Shown: positions 51,074 through 59,041 of the stretch, one piece after another
Layout of the letters: the number at the start of each line of letters is the position of its first letter
How positions within the stretch are numbered: position 1 is the first letter of the stretch
Assembly: GCA_902798825.1 (NCBI GenBank)
Contig: CADBYI010000003.1
Location: 1,993-65,992, forward strand
DNA from: an uncultured Eubacteriales bacterium
GTDB taxonomy: Bacteria > Bacillota > Clostridia > Christensenellales > CAG-138
Reading direction: 5' to 3'
Length of the DNA: 64,000 bases
Program-made: the position numbers and the translations under genes
The notes under the pieces: model-generated
The model's database searches: none
What the model saw: only the letters and a program-made list of their open reading frames with translations
What the model was told of the DNA's origin: nothing

Positions 51074-51102
51074 ATACTACCATTTTCGTCATCTTCTGTC
51101 AA
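51074..51102 (-). promoter_or_regulatory. metK promoter candidate
   Basis: Minus strand reads TTGACA, 17-nt spacer, TGgTAGTAT (extended -10). Confidence 0.6.
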
Positions 51103-51110
51103 TGGCGCAC

Positions 51111-51137
51111 AGAAAAGACGGCGGGCAAAACCCGCCG
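51111..51137 (-). terminator. Intrinsic terminator after the 5'-nucleotidase gene
   Basis: Minus strand reads CGGCGGG-TTTTG-CCCGCCG followed by TCTTTTCT. Confidence 0.65.
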
Positions 51138-51162
51138 CCTTTTAATAGGTCTGTGTCAGAGC

Positions 51163-52860
51163 TTATGCCTTGGGGATGATGGTGATGCGGCCCTGGCCAT
51201 AGGGATCGACGTATTCGCCGCCGACGGTGCCGCCCAGCACTTCCACGATGTAGTTGATGAGGACCTGGTTGTCCAGCATGACATCCTCCGACAGGAAGTT
51301 GTTGTCAGCGAACATGGTGTAGCCGTCGCCCATATCCTTCAGCAGGTAGTTGTGGCAGGCCAGCGTGTAGGTCTTGTTGGGATCGAGGGGAGCATAGGTG
51401 CCGTCCTCCTGGAGGACCTCCACGTCCTTGACCCGGCGATCGCCGGCGACCTCGACGAACATCTTCATTTCATCCTTGACCACGGTGGACTCCACGTTCA
51501 GATCCACGGTGAACTTGAGGCCGGACACATGGAGGAATCCGCCGGACTCGCCAGGCATGCTGGCAACGGACATCTCCAGGGCGTCCAGAATCTCCTGGCC
51601 GGTGGCTTCCACGGTGCACAGGGCATTGCCGAAGGGATGGACCTTGATGATCTGACCATAGGTGATGTCGCCTTCCTCAATGTTGGCGCGGATGCCGCCG
51701 CCGTTCACAAAGGCGATGTCAGTGTTGCCCATGGCGCGGTATGCGTCAGCGCACAGATCGCCCAGGTTGGTCTCCTGGTTGCGGACGATACGAATGGCAT
51801 TTCCCTTCTCGTCCACGGCCACAGGATCGGTCGTGGTCAAAGTGACAGCGGTCTTGGCGACCACGGTGTTGACCAGCTCCTCATTCTTGGCGATGGCAGC
51901 CGTCACGGCTTCACCGGCGCCGTTATCGTCAGTCAAAACGCCGACAGCGCTGATGAACTGAATGGCATCCGCATCCAGAAGCATGGAGGACATCTTGCCT
52001 TCGCCGGTGATGGTGAAGATACCCACGTTGGCCAGCTTGGTGCCGGTGGAGGTAAGGATGACATCATTTCCGTCCTTGTTCTTCACCGCTTCGCCGGAGA
52101 TGACGCTGTGAGAGTGACCATCCAGCATGGCATCAATACCGGTGGTGTTGGTGATGACCTCCGTGGACATCCAGGGAGAGCTCTGGGAGTCGATGCCCAG
52201 GTGGGCCAGGGCGATGACGTAGTCGGCACCCTCGGCACGGGCGGCGTCCACGGTCTCCTGGACCTTGTCATAGAGATCCTGACCCTTGTTGCCTTCGCAG
52301 AAGGAGAAGATGAAGTTGCCTTCCCCGTCCTGGAAGTAGGTGGGGGTGGATTTGGTGAAGGACTCAGGCGTGTCGATGCCGACAAAAGCGACCTTCTTGC
52401 CGCCCTTCTCGATGATGGTGTAGGGCTTGAGCACCGCTTCACCATTGTCGTTGAGGAAGTTGCAGCAGACATACTGGAACTTCGCGAGGGACACGTTCTT
52501 GTTGAACTGGTCCATACCGTAGTCGAACTCATGGTTGCCGGGAACGGCCACATCGTAGCCCACTTCGTTCATGAGCTCCACAAGGGCTTCGCCCTTGCTC
52601 AGGGTGCCGATGACGTCGCCCTGGACGGAATCGCCGTTGTCCACCAGGATGACTTCCTTGCCGGCAGCCTCATAGGCGGCCTTCACGCGGGCCAATCCGG
52701 CATATCCGATGTTGTCGGCGATACCACAATGCACATCGTTGGTGTAGAGGATCACGATATCCTTCGCTTCCTCACCCTCGGCCTTAGCGGCGGCGGGCAC
52801 TGCAACCAGGCCCAGCAGCATCACGAGGGCCAGCAGACAGGCAAATACTTTCTTGTTCAT
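51163..52860 (-). CDS. Secreted bifunctional metallophosphatase / 5'-nucleotidase (UshA-like)
   Basis: Signal peptide MNKKVFACLLALVMLLGLVAVPAAA. Motifs NDVHC, NGDSVQG and GNHEFD, plus a C-terminal 5'-nucleotidase domain. Confidence 0.88.
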   Translation of the reverse strand: MNKKVFACLLALVMLLGLVAVPAAAKAEGEEAKDIVILYTNDVHCGIADNIGYAGLARVKAAYEAAGKEVILVDNGDSVQGDVIGTLSKGEALVELMNEVGYDVAVPGNHEFDYGMDQFNKNVSLAKFQYVCCNFLNDNGEAVLKPYTIIEKGGKKVAFVGIDTPESFTKSTPTYFQDGEGNFIFSFCEGNKGQDLYDKVQETVDAARAEGADYVIALAHLGIDSQSSPWMSTEVITNTTGIDAMLDGHSHSVISGEAVKNKDGNDVILTSTGTKLANVGIFTITGEGKMSSMLLDADAIQFISAVGVLTDDNGAGEAVTAAIAKNEELVNTVVAKTAVTLTTTDPVAVDEKGNAIRIVRNQETNLGDLCADAYRAMGNTDIAFVNGGGIRANIEEGDITYGQIIKVHPFGNALCTVEATGQEILDALEMSVASMPGESGGFLHVSGLKFTVDLNVESTVVKDEMKMFVEVAGDRRVKDVEVLQEDGTYAPLDPNKTYTLACHNYLLKDMGDGYTMFADNNFLSEDVMLDNQVLINYIVEVLGGTVGGEYVDPYGQGRITIIPKA

Positions 52861-52956
52861 AGCTTTCCTCCCTGTTGATTTTGTGTTTCCACAATCAAAG
52901 ATATTTTATCACACATTCTTTCCGGTTTCAACTGAAATCCGCACATTTGCATAAAC

Positions 52957-52985
52957 AGAAAAACCGACCCGTGTGTCGGATCGGT
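52957..52985 (-). terminator. Terminator candidate after the cytidylate kinase-like gene
   Basis: Minus strand reads ACCGATCC-GACACAC-GGGTCGGT (one mismatch) followed by TTTTCTG. Confidence 0.55.
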
Positions 52986-52994
52986 TCAAAGCGT

Positions 52995-53600
52995 TTATTC
53001 TTCGTTGGCCAGATGCACGATCAGCTCCACGCACCGCTCGATGCCCAGCTTGCCGCTGTTGAGGGACAGGTCATAGTTCCGGCTATCGCCCCAGGTCCTG
53101 TCCGTAAAGTGCTTATAGTTCACGGAACGCTTGGTGTCCTTCTCCTTGAGCCGCTCCTCCGGCTTCTTCTCGCTCTCGCCGTACAGGCGCACGATCCGAT
53201 CCGCCTTGAAGGCTTCGTCCGCGTGGATGAACACGTGGAGGGCGTCCTCCCTGTCCTTCAGGATGTAGTCGGCGCACCGGCCCACGATGACGCAGGGCCC
53301 CTCCTCCGCCACCTCCAGGATGGCCTTGCGCTGGACCACATAGAGGAAGTCGTAGATGCTCATGCCCCCCATGGTGCCGTGGGTGCCGGTATAGGAGGAC
53401 AGCAGGGAAAGGAGAGATTTTCCGGGAGAGTACTCCCCATACTCCTCCACATAGTTGGGATCAAAGCCGGTCTTCTCCGCCACGGTCTTGATAAGCTCCT
53501 TGTCGTAGTAGGGATAGCCCAGCTTTTCGGCCACCTGATGGCCGATGGTGCGGCCGCCGCTGCCGAATTCACGGCTGATGGTGATGATGGATTTCTTCAT
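52995..53600 (-). CDS. Cytidylate kinase-like family protein (AAA/P-loop)
   Basis: MKKSIITISREFGSGGRTIGHQVAEKLGYPYYDKELI is the characteristic N-terminus of the cytidylate kinase-like family. 201 aa. Confidence 0.8.
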   Translation of the reverse strand: MKKSIITISREFGSGGRTIGHQVAEKLGYPYYDKELIKTVAEKTGFDPNYVEEYGEYSPGKSLLSLLSSYTGTHGTMGGMSIYDFLYVVQRKAILEVAEEGPCVIVGRCADYILKDREDALHVFIHADEAFKADRIVRLYGESEKKPEERLKEKDTKRSVNYKHFTDRTWGDSRNYDLSLNSGKLGIERCVELIVHLANEE

Positions 53601-53700
53601 GACTGCCTCCTGTGTACACGGTTTACAACTCTTGTGTGAATGGCTCTTATTTATTATAGTATACTTTTTCCCCGGCTCTCACGTCAAGGCCAAATTGTGC

Positions 53701-53887
53701 AAACAAAAAACATCGGTGCGCGGCCGGGACCTCGATCTGCTTCGGAAACGGGCATGGCCCGGTCCAATGATTGAGCGATCAACTGGAGGAGGCGATCGAA
53801 GAACGGCAAGCGCACCGATGTTTTCATCCATCCGCCTGCCGACGAGCGGCAGGATATGGATATGGCAATCAGCTTTGCGGTGATGCG
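53701..53887 (-). ncRNA. Candidate ~185-nt structured transcript (small RNA or cis-regulatory leader), unclassified
   Basis: It sits downstream of the promoter candidate at 53894..53921. It contains the hairpin ATCCAT-at-CCTGCCG..CGGCAGG-cgg-ATGGAT (53826..53861). A 13-bp long-range stem (53810..53822 / 53709..53721) is followed by TTTTTTGTTTG. Confidence 0.3.
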
Positions 53888-53893
53888 GGTGCT

Positions 53894-53921
53894 ATTGTAT
53901 CAGAATACCTGATCCTGTCAA
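53894..53921 (-). promoter_or_regulatory. Orphan promoter candidate in the hydrolase / kinase-like spacer
   Basis: Minus strand reads TTGACA, 16-nt spacer, TACAAT. A second candidate lies closer to the gene (TTGACG 53682..53687, 18-nt spacer, TATACT 53658..53663). Confidence 0.45.
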
Positions 53922-53963
53922 TACTTTTTTGCCTAAAATACAACAAAAAATGTCAAATATATT

Positions 53964-54887
53964 TTATGACAGGCAACGAATGGTCCTCTCCTTGAAAGCA
54001 GGCCCATCGATGCGCTGGATCACAAAACCGTTATGGGGTCGATGCAGATGGTTTATATAGTCGTAGACGACCATGCCGGTGGTATATTTTCCCATCGTTT
54101 CCACGCACATATAGGTTTCCTGCTGTTCAAGAACGATATCGGGCCACAGGACCACCGCCATGGCCGCCGGGTCCGCCAGGCACAGGCCGTTGAGGCCCAG
54201 CCGCTTGCCGTATTCGATCAGGACCTTGTTGCAATCCACGGCAAAAGCACCCGTCTCGGAGGCCGCGGCCAACCTGTCCCGATCCGCCTCCAGGAAGAGG
54301 CTTTCCCCGGTGCAGATCTCGAAGGGAGCCAGGATCACCGGCACGCCGGCGTGGAGCACCGCCTCGGCCGCTTCCGGGTCCACGATGATGTTGAACTCCG
54401 ACACGGGGCTCCAGTTCCCCGGCATCCGAAGGGCGCCACCCATGATGGTGACGGATTTGAAGCAGCGAAAGCCCTCCGGGTCCTTGAAGGCGGCGACGGC
54501 CACGTTGGTCAGGGGCCCCAGGGTGACCAGCTCCACCTCCCCCGGGTTCTCCCTGGCGCATTGAAGCATGGCGTCCACGGCGTTCCCTTGGGCGGCAGAA
54601 AAGGCCGGATCCGCATACCCGCGGTCGGAAAGGCCGTCCACCCCATGGCAGACCACGGCAAAATCCGTGTCCCGGTACAGGGGCTTCCTCGCACCGGCAT
54701 ATACCGGCGGCGCATAGGTCCCGGCGCGCTCCACGCTGATGAGGGCGTTGCGGATTGCCCGCTCCAAGCTCACGTTCCCCATGACCACGCCGATGCCCAG
54801 CACCTGCACGGTGGGCTCCCTAAGCGCCATCAAGAGCGCCACAGCGTCGTCAGACGCCGTATCCGTATCGATCCACAGTTTGCGCAT
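53964..54887 (-). CDS. Nucleoside hydrolase (inosine/uridine-preferring family)
   Basis: MRKLWIDTDTASDDAVALLMAL carries the DxDxxxDD fingerprint. ATG at 54887 has a GGGAGAG SD. Confidence 0.88.
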   Translation of the reverse strand: MRKLWIDTDTASDDAVALLMALREPTVQVLGIGVVMGNVSLERAIRNALISVERAGTYAPPVYAGARKPLYRDTDFAVVCHGVDGLSDRGYADPAFSAAQGNAVDAMLQCARENPGEVELVTLGPLTNVAVAAFKDPEGFRCFKSVTIMGGALRMPGNWSPVSEFNIIVDPEAAEAVLHAGVPVILAPFEICTGESLFLEADRDRLAAASETGAFAVDCNKVLIEYGKRLGLNGLCLADPAAMAVVLWPDIVLEQQETYMCVETMGKYTTGMVVYDYINHLHRPHNGFVIQRIDGPAFKERTIRCLS

Positions 54888-54946
54888 ATGCTTCTCTCCC
54901 GTCTTTTTTGTTTTAGTATAGCACATTCACCCGGCAAACGGAAGCC

Positions 54947-54975
54947 AAAAAGAGGATCGTCCCATCGGACGATCC
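54947..54975 (-). terminator. Intrinsic terminator after pntB
   Basis: Minus strand reads GGATCGTCC-GATG-GGACGATCC followed by TCTTTTTGG. Confidence 0.8.
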
Positions 54976-54991
54976 CCTTCATGTTCCCCAG

Positions 54992-56428
54992 TTAGAGCAT
55001 TTCCTTCAGCCTGGCCAGGCTTTCCTTGGCGTCGCCGATGAGCAGCGCCACGCCCTCGCTCCGCTCATACAGCGGGTTGGGCACGCCGGCATAGCCCGGG
55101 TTCAGATCGAAGTTGCAGATGATCACCTGGCCGCAGTCGCCCACGTTCAGCACCGGCATACCGTAGATTGGGGTCCCCTCGGCGGTGTTGGCGGCCGGGT
55201 TCATCACGTCGTTGGCGCCGATGACCAGCGTCACGTCAGCGCTCTTGAAGTCGTCGTTGATATCCTCCATCTGGAACAGATCCTCATAGGGGATATCCAC
55301 CTCGCAGAGGAGCACGTTCATGTGACCGGGCATCCGGCCGGCCACGGGGTGGATCGCAAAGCGCACATGGGCGCCGTGGGCCTCCAGGGCGTCCTTCAGC
55401 TCCCGTACCGCGTACTGGGCCTGGGACAGGGCCATGCCGTAGCCGGGAACGATGATCACGTTCTTGGCGGCTTTGAAGGCTTCGAACACCTTCTCCTCCT
55501 CGGCTGCCTTGTCCACGACGGGCGCCTCAGCCACAGGCGTTTCCTCTTGGGCAGGCTCTCCCTTCTCCTCCACGGGAACGGGCTCCTCCGTTTTAGGCGA
55601 CGCTGCAACGGTGGTTGCACCGGTCAGAATAGCGGACAGCTTCCGGTTCATGGCCCGGCACATGACCTCTGTGAGGATCAGGCCGGAGGCCCCCACGATG
55701 CCGCCAACGGCCACCAACAGGGGCTCGCCGATGGCCATACCCGCGATGCCGCCGGCTACGCCAGACAGGGAGTTCAACAGGCTGATGGTGATGGGCATAT
55801 CGGCGCCGCCCACCCGCAGCACGAACAGCCAACCGAAGGCGCCGGCCAGGGCCGCGCACAGGAGGGTGAACAGGATGAGCCGGCCGTTGTTCCCCTGACA
55901 CAGGATCAGGGGGAGAACGCACAGCACGGCCAGGACACCGGCCAGCAGCACCAGGGCCTTGTGCCCCTTGAGGATCACGGGGCGCTGGTTGAACCACTTG
56001 GCCAGCTTCCCGGCGGCCAGGATGCTGCCCAGGAGCGTGACCATGCCGATGATGAGGGCAATGCCGGCCGTGGCGGCCTCAAAGGCGCCCACGGCCTTGC
56101 CGTCGGTCAGGGTGACCGCCGCCACCAGGGCGGAGGCCGCGCCGCCGAAGCCGTTGAGCATGGCCACAGTCTGGGGCATTTCGATCATCTTCACCTTTTT
56201 GGCCAGGATCGCCCCCGTCACAGCCGCAGGAACGAGGCCCACCAGGAGCCAGAGCCATTTGCCGGCAAAGTCGTATCGAAGGAGGGTCAGCACGATGGCG
56301 GCGGCCATGCAGGCGCAGGAGAGCAGGTTCCCCCAGAGGGCGGTCCTTACCTTGCTCATCATGGAGATGCCCAACAACACCAGACCGGCCAGGAGGATGC
56401 AGAGAACGTAGTAGACGGAATCGATCAT
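54992..56428 (-). CDS. pntB: NAD(P) transhydrogenase subunit beta
   Basis: 478 aa. N-terminal polytopic membrane domain and a C-terminal NADP(H)-binding dIII domain (VPGYGMALSQAQY). Confidence 0.93.
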   Translation of the reverse strand: MIDSVYYVLCILLAGLVLLGISMMSKVRTALWGNLLSCACMAAAIVLTLLRYDFAGKWLWLLVGLVPAAVTGAILAKKVKMIEMPQTVAMLNGFGGAASALVAAVTLTDGKAVGAFEAATAGIALIIGMVTLLGSILAAGKLAKWFNQRPVILKGHKALVLLAGVLAVLCVLPLILCQGNNGRLILFTLLCAALAGAFGWLFVLRVGGADMPITISLLNSLSGVAGGIAGMAIGEPLLVAVGGIVGASGLILTEVMCRAMNRKLSAILTGATTVAASPKTEEPVPVEEKGEPAQEETPVAEAPVVDKAAEEEKVFEAFKAAKNVIIVPGYGMALSQAQYAVRELKDALEAHGAHVRFAIHPVAGRMPGHMNVLLCEVDIPYEDLFQMEDINDDFKSADVTLVIGANDVMNPAANTAEGTPIYGMPVLNVGDCGQVIICNFDLNPGYAGVPNPLYERSEGVALLIGDAKESLARLKEML

Positions 56429-56724
56429 GCTTCCTTCTCCTCCTTCTCCTTCTTATGGCCGAACATCAGCAGCATGCGATGGGTCACCAGGAACCCGCCC
56501 GCCACGTTGAGCATGGCGAGGGCGATGGCGATCACGGCCAGGACCCTGCTGCCCGTGAAGGCGGCGGTGGCCACGGCGATCATGGCTCCCAGCACGGTGA
56601 CGCCGGAGAGGGCGTTCATGCCGGACATGAGGGGCGTGTGCAGCAGGCTGGGCACGTTTTTGATGAGCACGTACCCCAGGACGCTGGACACGATGAAGAT
56701 ACCCACAAGGATCAGCGGATGCAA
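56425..56724 (-). CDS. pntAB: NAD(P) transhydrogenase subunit alpha, part 2 (membrane)
   Basis: 99 aa with 3 TM segments. It sits between pntAA and pntB and overlaps pntB by 4 nt. Confidence 0.88.
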   Translation of the reverse strand: MHPLILVGIFIVSSVLGYVLIKNVPSLLHTPLMSGMNALSGVTVLGAMIAVATAAFTGSRVLAVIAIALAMLNVAGGFLVTHRMLLMFGHKKEKEEKEA

Positions 56725-56736
56725 GGGAAACCTCCT

Positions 56737-57897
56737 TTATTTCAGGCCCATGGCCTCCAGGGCCCCCTCATGGACGATCTTGCCGTCTCGAGTGACCAGG
56801 ATGGACTTGACGATCTCGTCGTTCATATCCAGCCGGATCTCGCCGTCGTGGGTGAGGAAACGGGTCAGGTTATAGATGTTCTGGGCGAACATCCAGGTGG
56901 AGCTGGAGGCCAGCATGCCGGGGATGTTCTTGATGCCCTCCAGGACCACGCCGTGCTTCACTTCCCGGCTGCCCGGCGGGGTGATGGCGCAGTTGCCGCC
57001 CTGGTCGATGGCGATATCCACGATGACGGAGCCTTCCTTCATGGTCTTGACCATGTCCTCGGTGATGACCACGGGGGCCAGCTTTCCGGGGATCAGGGCG
57101 GAGCAGAACACCACGTCCATGTTGGGGAGCACCTCGGCAATGGCCTTGCGCTCCTTCTCCAGCGTGGCGTCGGGAAGCTTCAGGGCATAGCCGCCCGGGG
57201 CGATGGCTTCCTCGGCGGGGACACCCAGCTCGATGGGCTTGGCGCCCAGGGACTTGGCCTGCTCGGCGGCGGCGGGACGGATGTCGGCGGCATAGGTGAC
57301 GGCGCCTAGGCGCTTGGCGGTGGCGATGGCCTGCAGACCGGCCACGCCCGTGCCGATGACCAGCACGTTGCAGGGTTTGATCATGCCCACGGCGCAGAAG
57401 ATCTGGGGCATGAACTTCTCCAGGTCGGAGGCGGCCATGAGCATGCCCTTATAGCCGGCCACGGTGCTCATGGACGTGAGAGCATCCATGTTCTGGGCCC
57501 GGGAAATACGGGGCACGCCGTCCAGCGTCAAGCCGATAACGCCCTTTGCCGCCATGTCCTTCACCATCTGATGGTTCACGGGGGAAGCGGGATGGATGAA
57601 GGTGATGATGTACTGGCCGGCATGCATCATGTCGATCTCAGAGCAGCCCTTTTCCTCGTTGAACAGGGGCTCCTTTACCTTCAGGATCACGTCCGCCCGC
57701 TTGTAGAGGTCGGCCACATCCGTCACCATCTCGGCACCGGCTGCAGCATAGGCGTCGTCCGCGAAGAACGCGCCGACACCGGCGCCATTCTCCACCAGCA
57801 CATGGGCGCCGTCCTTGACGAACTTCGCCACGGTTTCAGGGGTAGCGGCCACACGGCGCTCGCCGTGCATGATTTCCTTTGGGACACCGATGATCAT
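56737..57897 (-). CDS. pntAA: NAD(P) transhydrogenase subunit alpha, part 1 (dI)
   Basis: MIIGVPKEIMHGERRVAATPE is an alanine dehydrogenase/PNT-type N-terminus. Rossmann motif VIGTGVAGLQAI. Confidence 0.93.
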   Translation of the reverse strand: MIIGVPKEIMHGERRVAATPETVAKFVKDGAHVLVENGAGVGAFFADDAYAAAGAEMVTDVADLYKRADVILKVKEPLFNEEKGCSEIDMMHAGQYIITFIHPASPVNHQMVKDMAAKGVIGLTLDGVPRISRAQNMDALTSMSTVAGYKGMLMAASDLEKFMPQIFCAVGMIKPCNVLVIGTGVAGLQAIATAKRLGAVTYAADIRPAAAEQAKSLGAKPIELGVPAEEAIAPGGYALKLPDATLEKERKAIAEVLPNMDVVFCSALIPGKLAPVVITEDMVKTMKEGSVIVDIAIDQGGNCAITPPGSREVKHGVVLEGIKNIPGMLASSSTWMFAQNIYNLTRFLTHDGEIRLDMNDEIVKSILVTRDGKIVHEGALEAMGLK

Positions 57898-57922
57898 TTG
57901 TTTTTCCTCCCTAGTTTTTTGA

Positions 57923-58435
57923 TTATTTCGTCGCTTCCGGCAGCGGGGATAGGATGTTTTTATCCGTCCGAAGCACCAGATGCGTCCGCGTCATGCTGAC
58001 GCCGGGGATGCGCTTGATGTCCTCCAGCACGTCGGTCAGGGTGCGGGTGGAGGCGGTCACCACATGGAGCAAAAAGTCGAAGTCCCCGGCCATATAGTAG
58101 CATTGGATGATATCCTTGTGGCCGTTGACGGTGCGCACAAAGCCCTCCACGTATTTGGGATGCTCCATGCCCACCGAGATAAAGGCGGACACATCCCGCC
58201 CCATGACGGCTGCACCAAAAACAGCGGTGTACCGTTCGATACAGCCGCTGTTCTCCATTTTGCGCATACGTTCGATCACCGCCGAGGTGGAAAGGTTCAC
58301 CCGCTCGGCAATGGCGGAAGCATTCATCCTGGCATTCTCCTGCAGGCAGGCGAGAATTTGGATATCCGTTCTGTCCACGATCGTCACGCTCCGTATTTTT
58401 TTCTTTAGTATATCTTGTTTATGATAATATTTCAA
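57923..58435 (-). CDS. Lrp/AsnC-family transcriptional regulator
   Basis: DRTDIQILACLQENARMNASAIAERVNLSTSAVIERM (HTH) plus a C-terminal RAM-like domain. The start may lie downstream of 58435. Confidence 0.85.
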   Translation of the reverse strand: MKYYHKQDILKKKIRSVTIVDRTDIQILACLQENARMNASAIAERVNLSTSAVIERMRKMENSGCIERYTAVFGAAVMGRDVSAFISVGMEHPKYVEGFVRTVNGHKDIIQCYYMAGDFDFLLHVVTASTRTLTDVLEDIKRIPGVSMTRTHLVLRTDKNILSPLPEATK

Positions 58436-58583
58436 TCAATAGTGTTGATATCGAAAATAATTTTTGCCTTTCCGCCGCTTGCGTCATTTCTTTTCGTTGA
58501 TCTGTCCCTCTCCCCCCTTCCCGCCGCATTTTTTTCGCATAAAACGATGCAGGGGGCACCTTTCCAGTATATCAAAAAAGGGC

Positions 58584-58612
58584 TTGACTTTTTCCTGCCC
58601 CGATGCTAATAT
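58584..58612 (+). promoter_or_regulatory. tRNA-Pro promoter candidate
   Basis: TTGACT, 17-nt spacer, TAATAT, about 30 nt upstream of the tRNA 5' end. Confidence 0.65.
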
Positions 58613-58642
58613 ATGCAAGGTCAAGGAAACAACCGCATATAT

Positions 58643-58719
58643 CTGGGTGTAGCGCAGTTTGGTAGCGTGCTTGAATGGGGTTCAAGAGGCCGGAAGTTCA
58701 AATCTTCTCACCCAGACCA
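58643..58719 (+). tRNA. tRNA-Pro (anticodon GGG), CCA encoded
   Basis: Manual cloverleaf: acceptor CTGGGTG/CACCCAG, D stem GCGC/GCGT, anticodon stem CTTGA/TCAAG with loop A-T-GGG-G-T (G37), T arm GGAAG-TTCAAAT-CTTCT, then A-CCA. Confidence 0.9.
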
Positions 58720-58725
58720 AAGAAA

Positions 58726-58756
58726 AGAGACAGGGTATAACCTGGCTCTTTTTTTG
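58726..58756 (+). terminator. Intrinsic terminator after tRNA-Pro
   Basis: AGAGACAGG-GTATAA-CCTGGCTCT (one A.G mismatch) followed by TTTTTTTG. Confidence 0.7.
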
Positions 58757-58770
58757 TTTTTGTTCAAGGG

Positions 58771-58790
58771 ACTTCCGGCCTCTTGAACCC
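58771..58790 (-). repeat. Inverted 20-nt copy of an internal tRNA-Pro segment
   Basis: ACTTCCGGCCTCTTGAACCC is the exact reverse complement of tRNA positions 58678..58697. Confidence 0.95.
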
Positions 58791-58903
58791 TAAGAGGGGT
58801 TGTCTGCCGGTCGCCGTCAGGCGATTTCGGCCATCCTGTGAATGGTCGAAAAGGCGGACAACGGGCGGCAGTCCGCTGCGCAACAGCGGCAAGTCCGCCC
58901 CGG

Positions 58904-58972
58904 GGCCGGAAGTTCAAATCTTCTCACCCAGACCAAAGAAAAGAGACAGGATTACAACCTGGCTCTTTTCCT
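58904..58972 (+). repeat. Direct duplicate of the tRNA-Pro 3' half plus trailer and terminator-like hairpin
   Basis: 58904..58950 is identical (47/47) to 58688..58734. It is followed by the same hairpin stem with a different loop (ATTACAA versus GTATAA) and a T-run. No matching 5' acceptor strand is present. Confidence 0.95.
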
Positions 58973-58985
58973 TTTGTTTGAAACA

Positions 58986-59013
58986 AACAGGACAGGTCAA
59001 CGCCTGTCCTGTT
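58986..59013 (-). terminator. Intrinsic terminator after the symporter gene
   Basis: Minus strand reads AACAGGACAGG-CGTTGA-CCTGTCCTGTT followed by TGTTTC. Confidence 0.65.
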
Positions 59014-59041
59014 CGATTTTATTATGTTTGTATTCTGAGGG

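Noticed and set aside
51038-51162. An expected SAM (S-box) riboswitch upstream of metK.
   Set aside because: The promoter candidate (51074..51102) leaves only about 30 nt of leader before the ATG. The rest of the spacer is the terminator of the upstream gene. There is no room or sequence for an S-box.
53679-53831. A 50-codon ORF on the minus strand inside the candidate structured RNA (MDENIGALAVLRSPPPVDRSIIGPGHARFRSRSRSRPRTDVFCLHNLALT).
   Set aside because: It has no properly spaced SD, an Arg/Ser/Pro-rich low-complexity composition, and it spans the terminator-like stem. It is most likely a chance frame.
58791-58935. A second tRNA or a tmRNA-like gene ending in the duplicated T-arm/acceptor/CCA at 58904..58935.
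   Set aside because: No sequence upstream can pair with the 3' acceptor strand CACCCAG (CTGGGTG is absent). No D arm or anticodon arm can be drawn. The interval is far too short and lacks a tag reading frame for a tmRNA.
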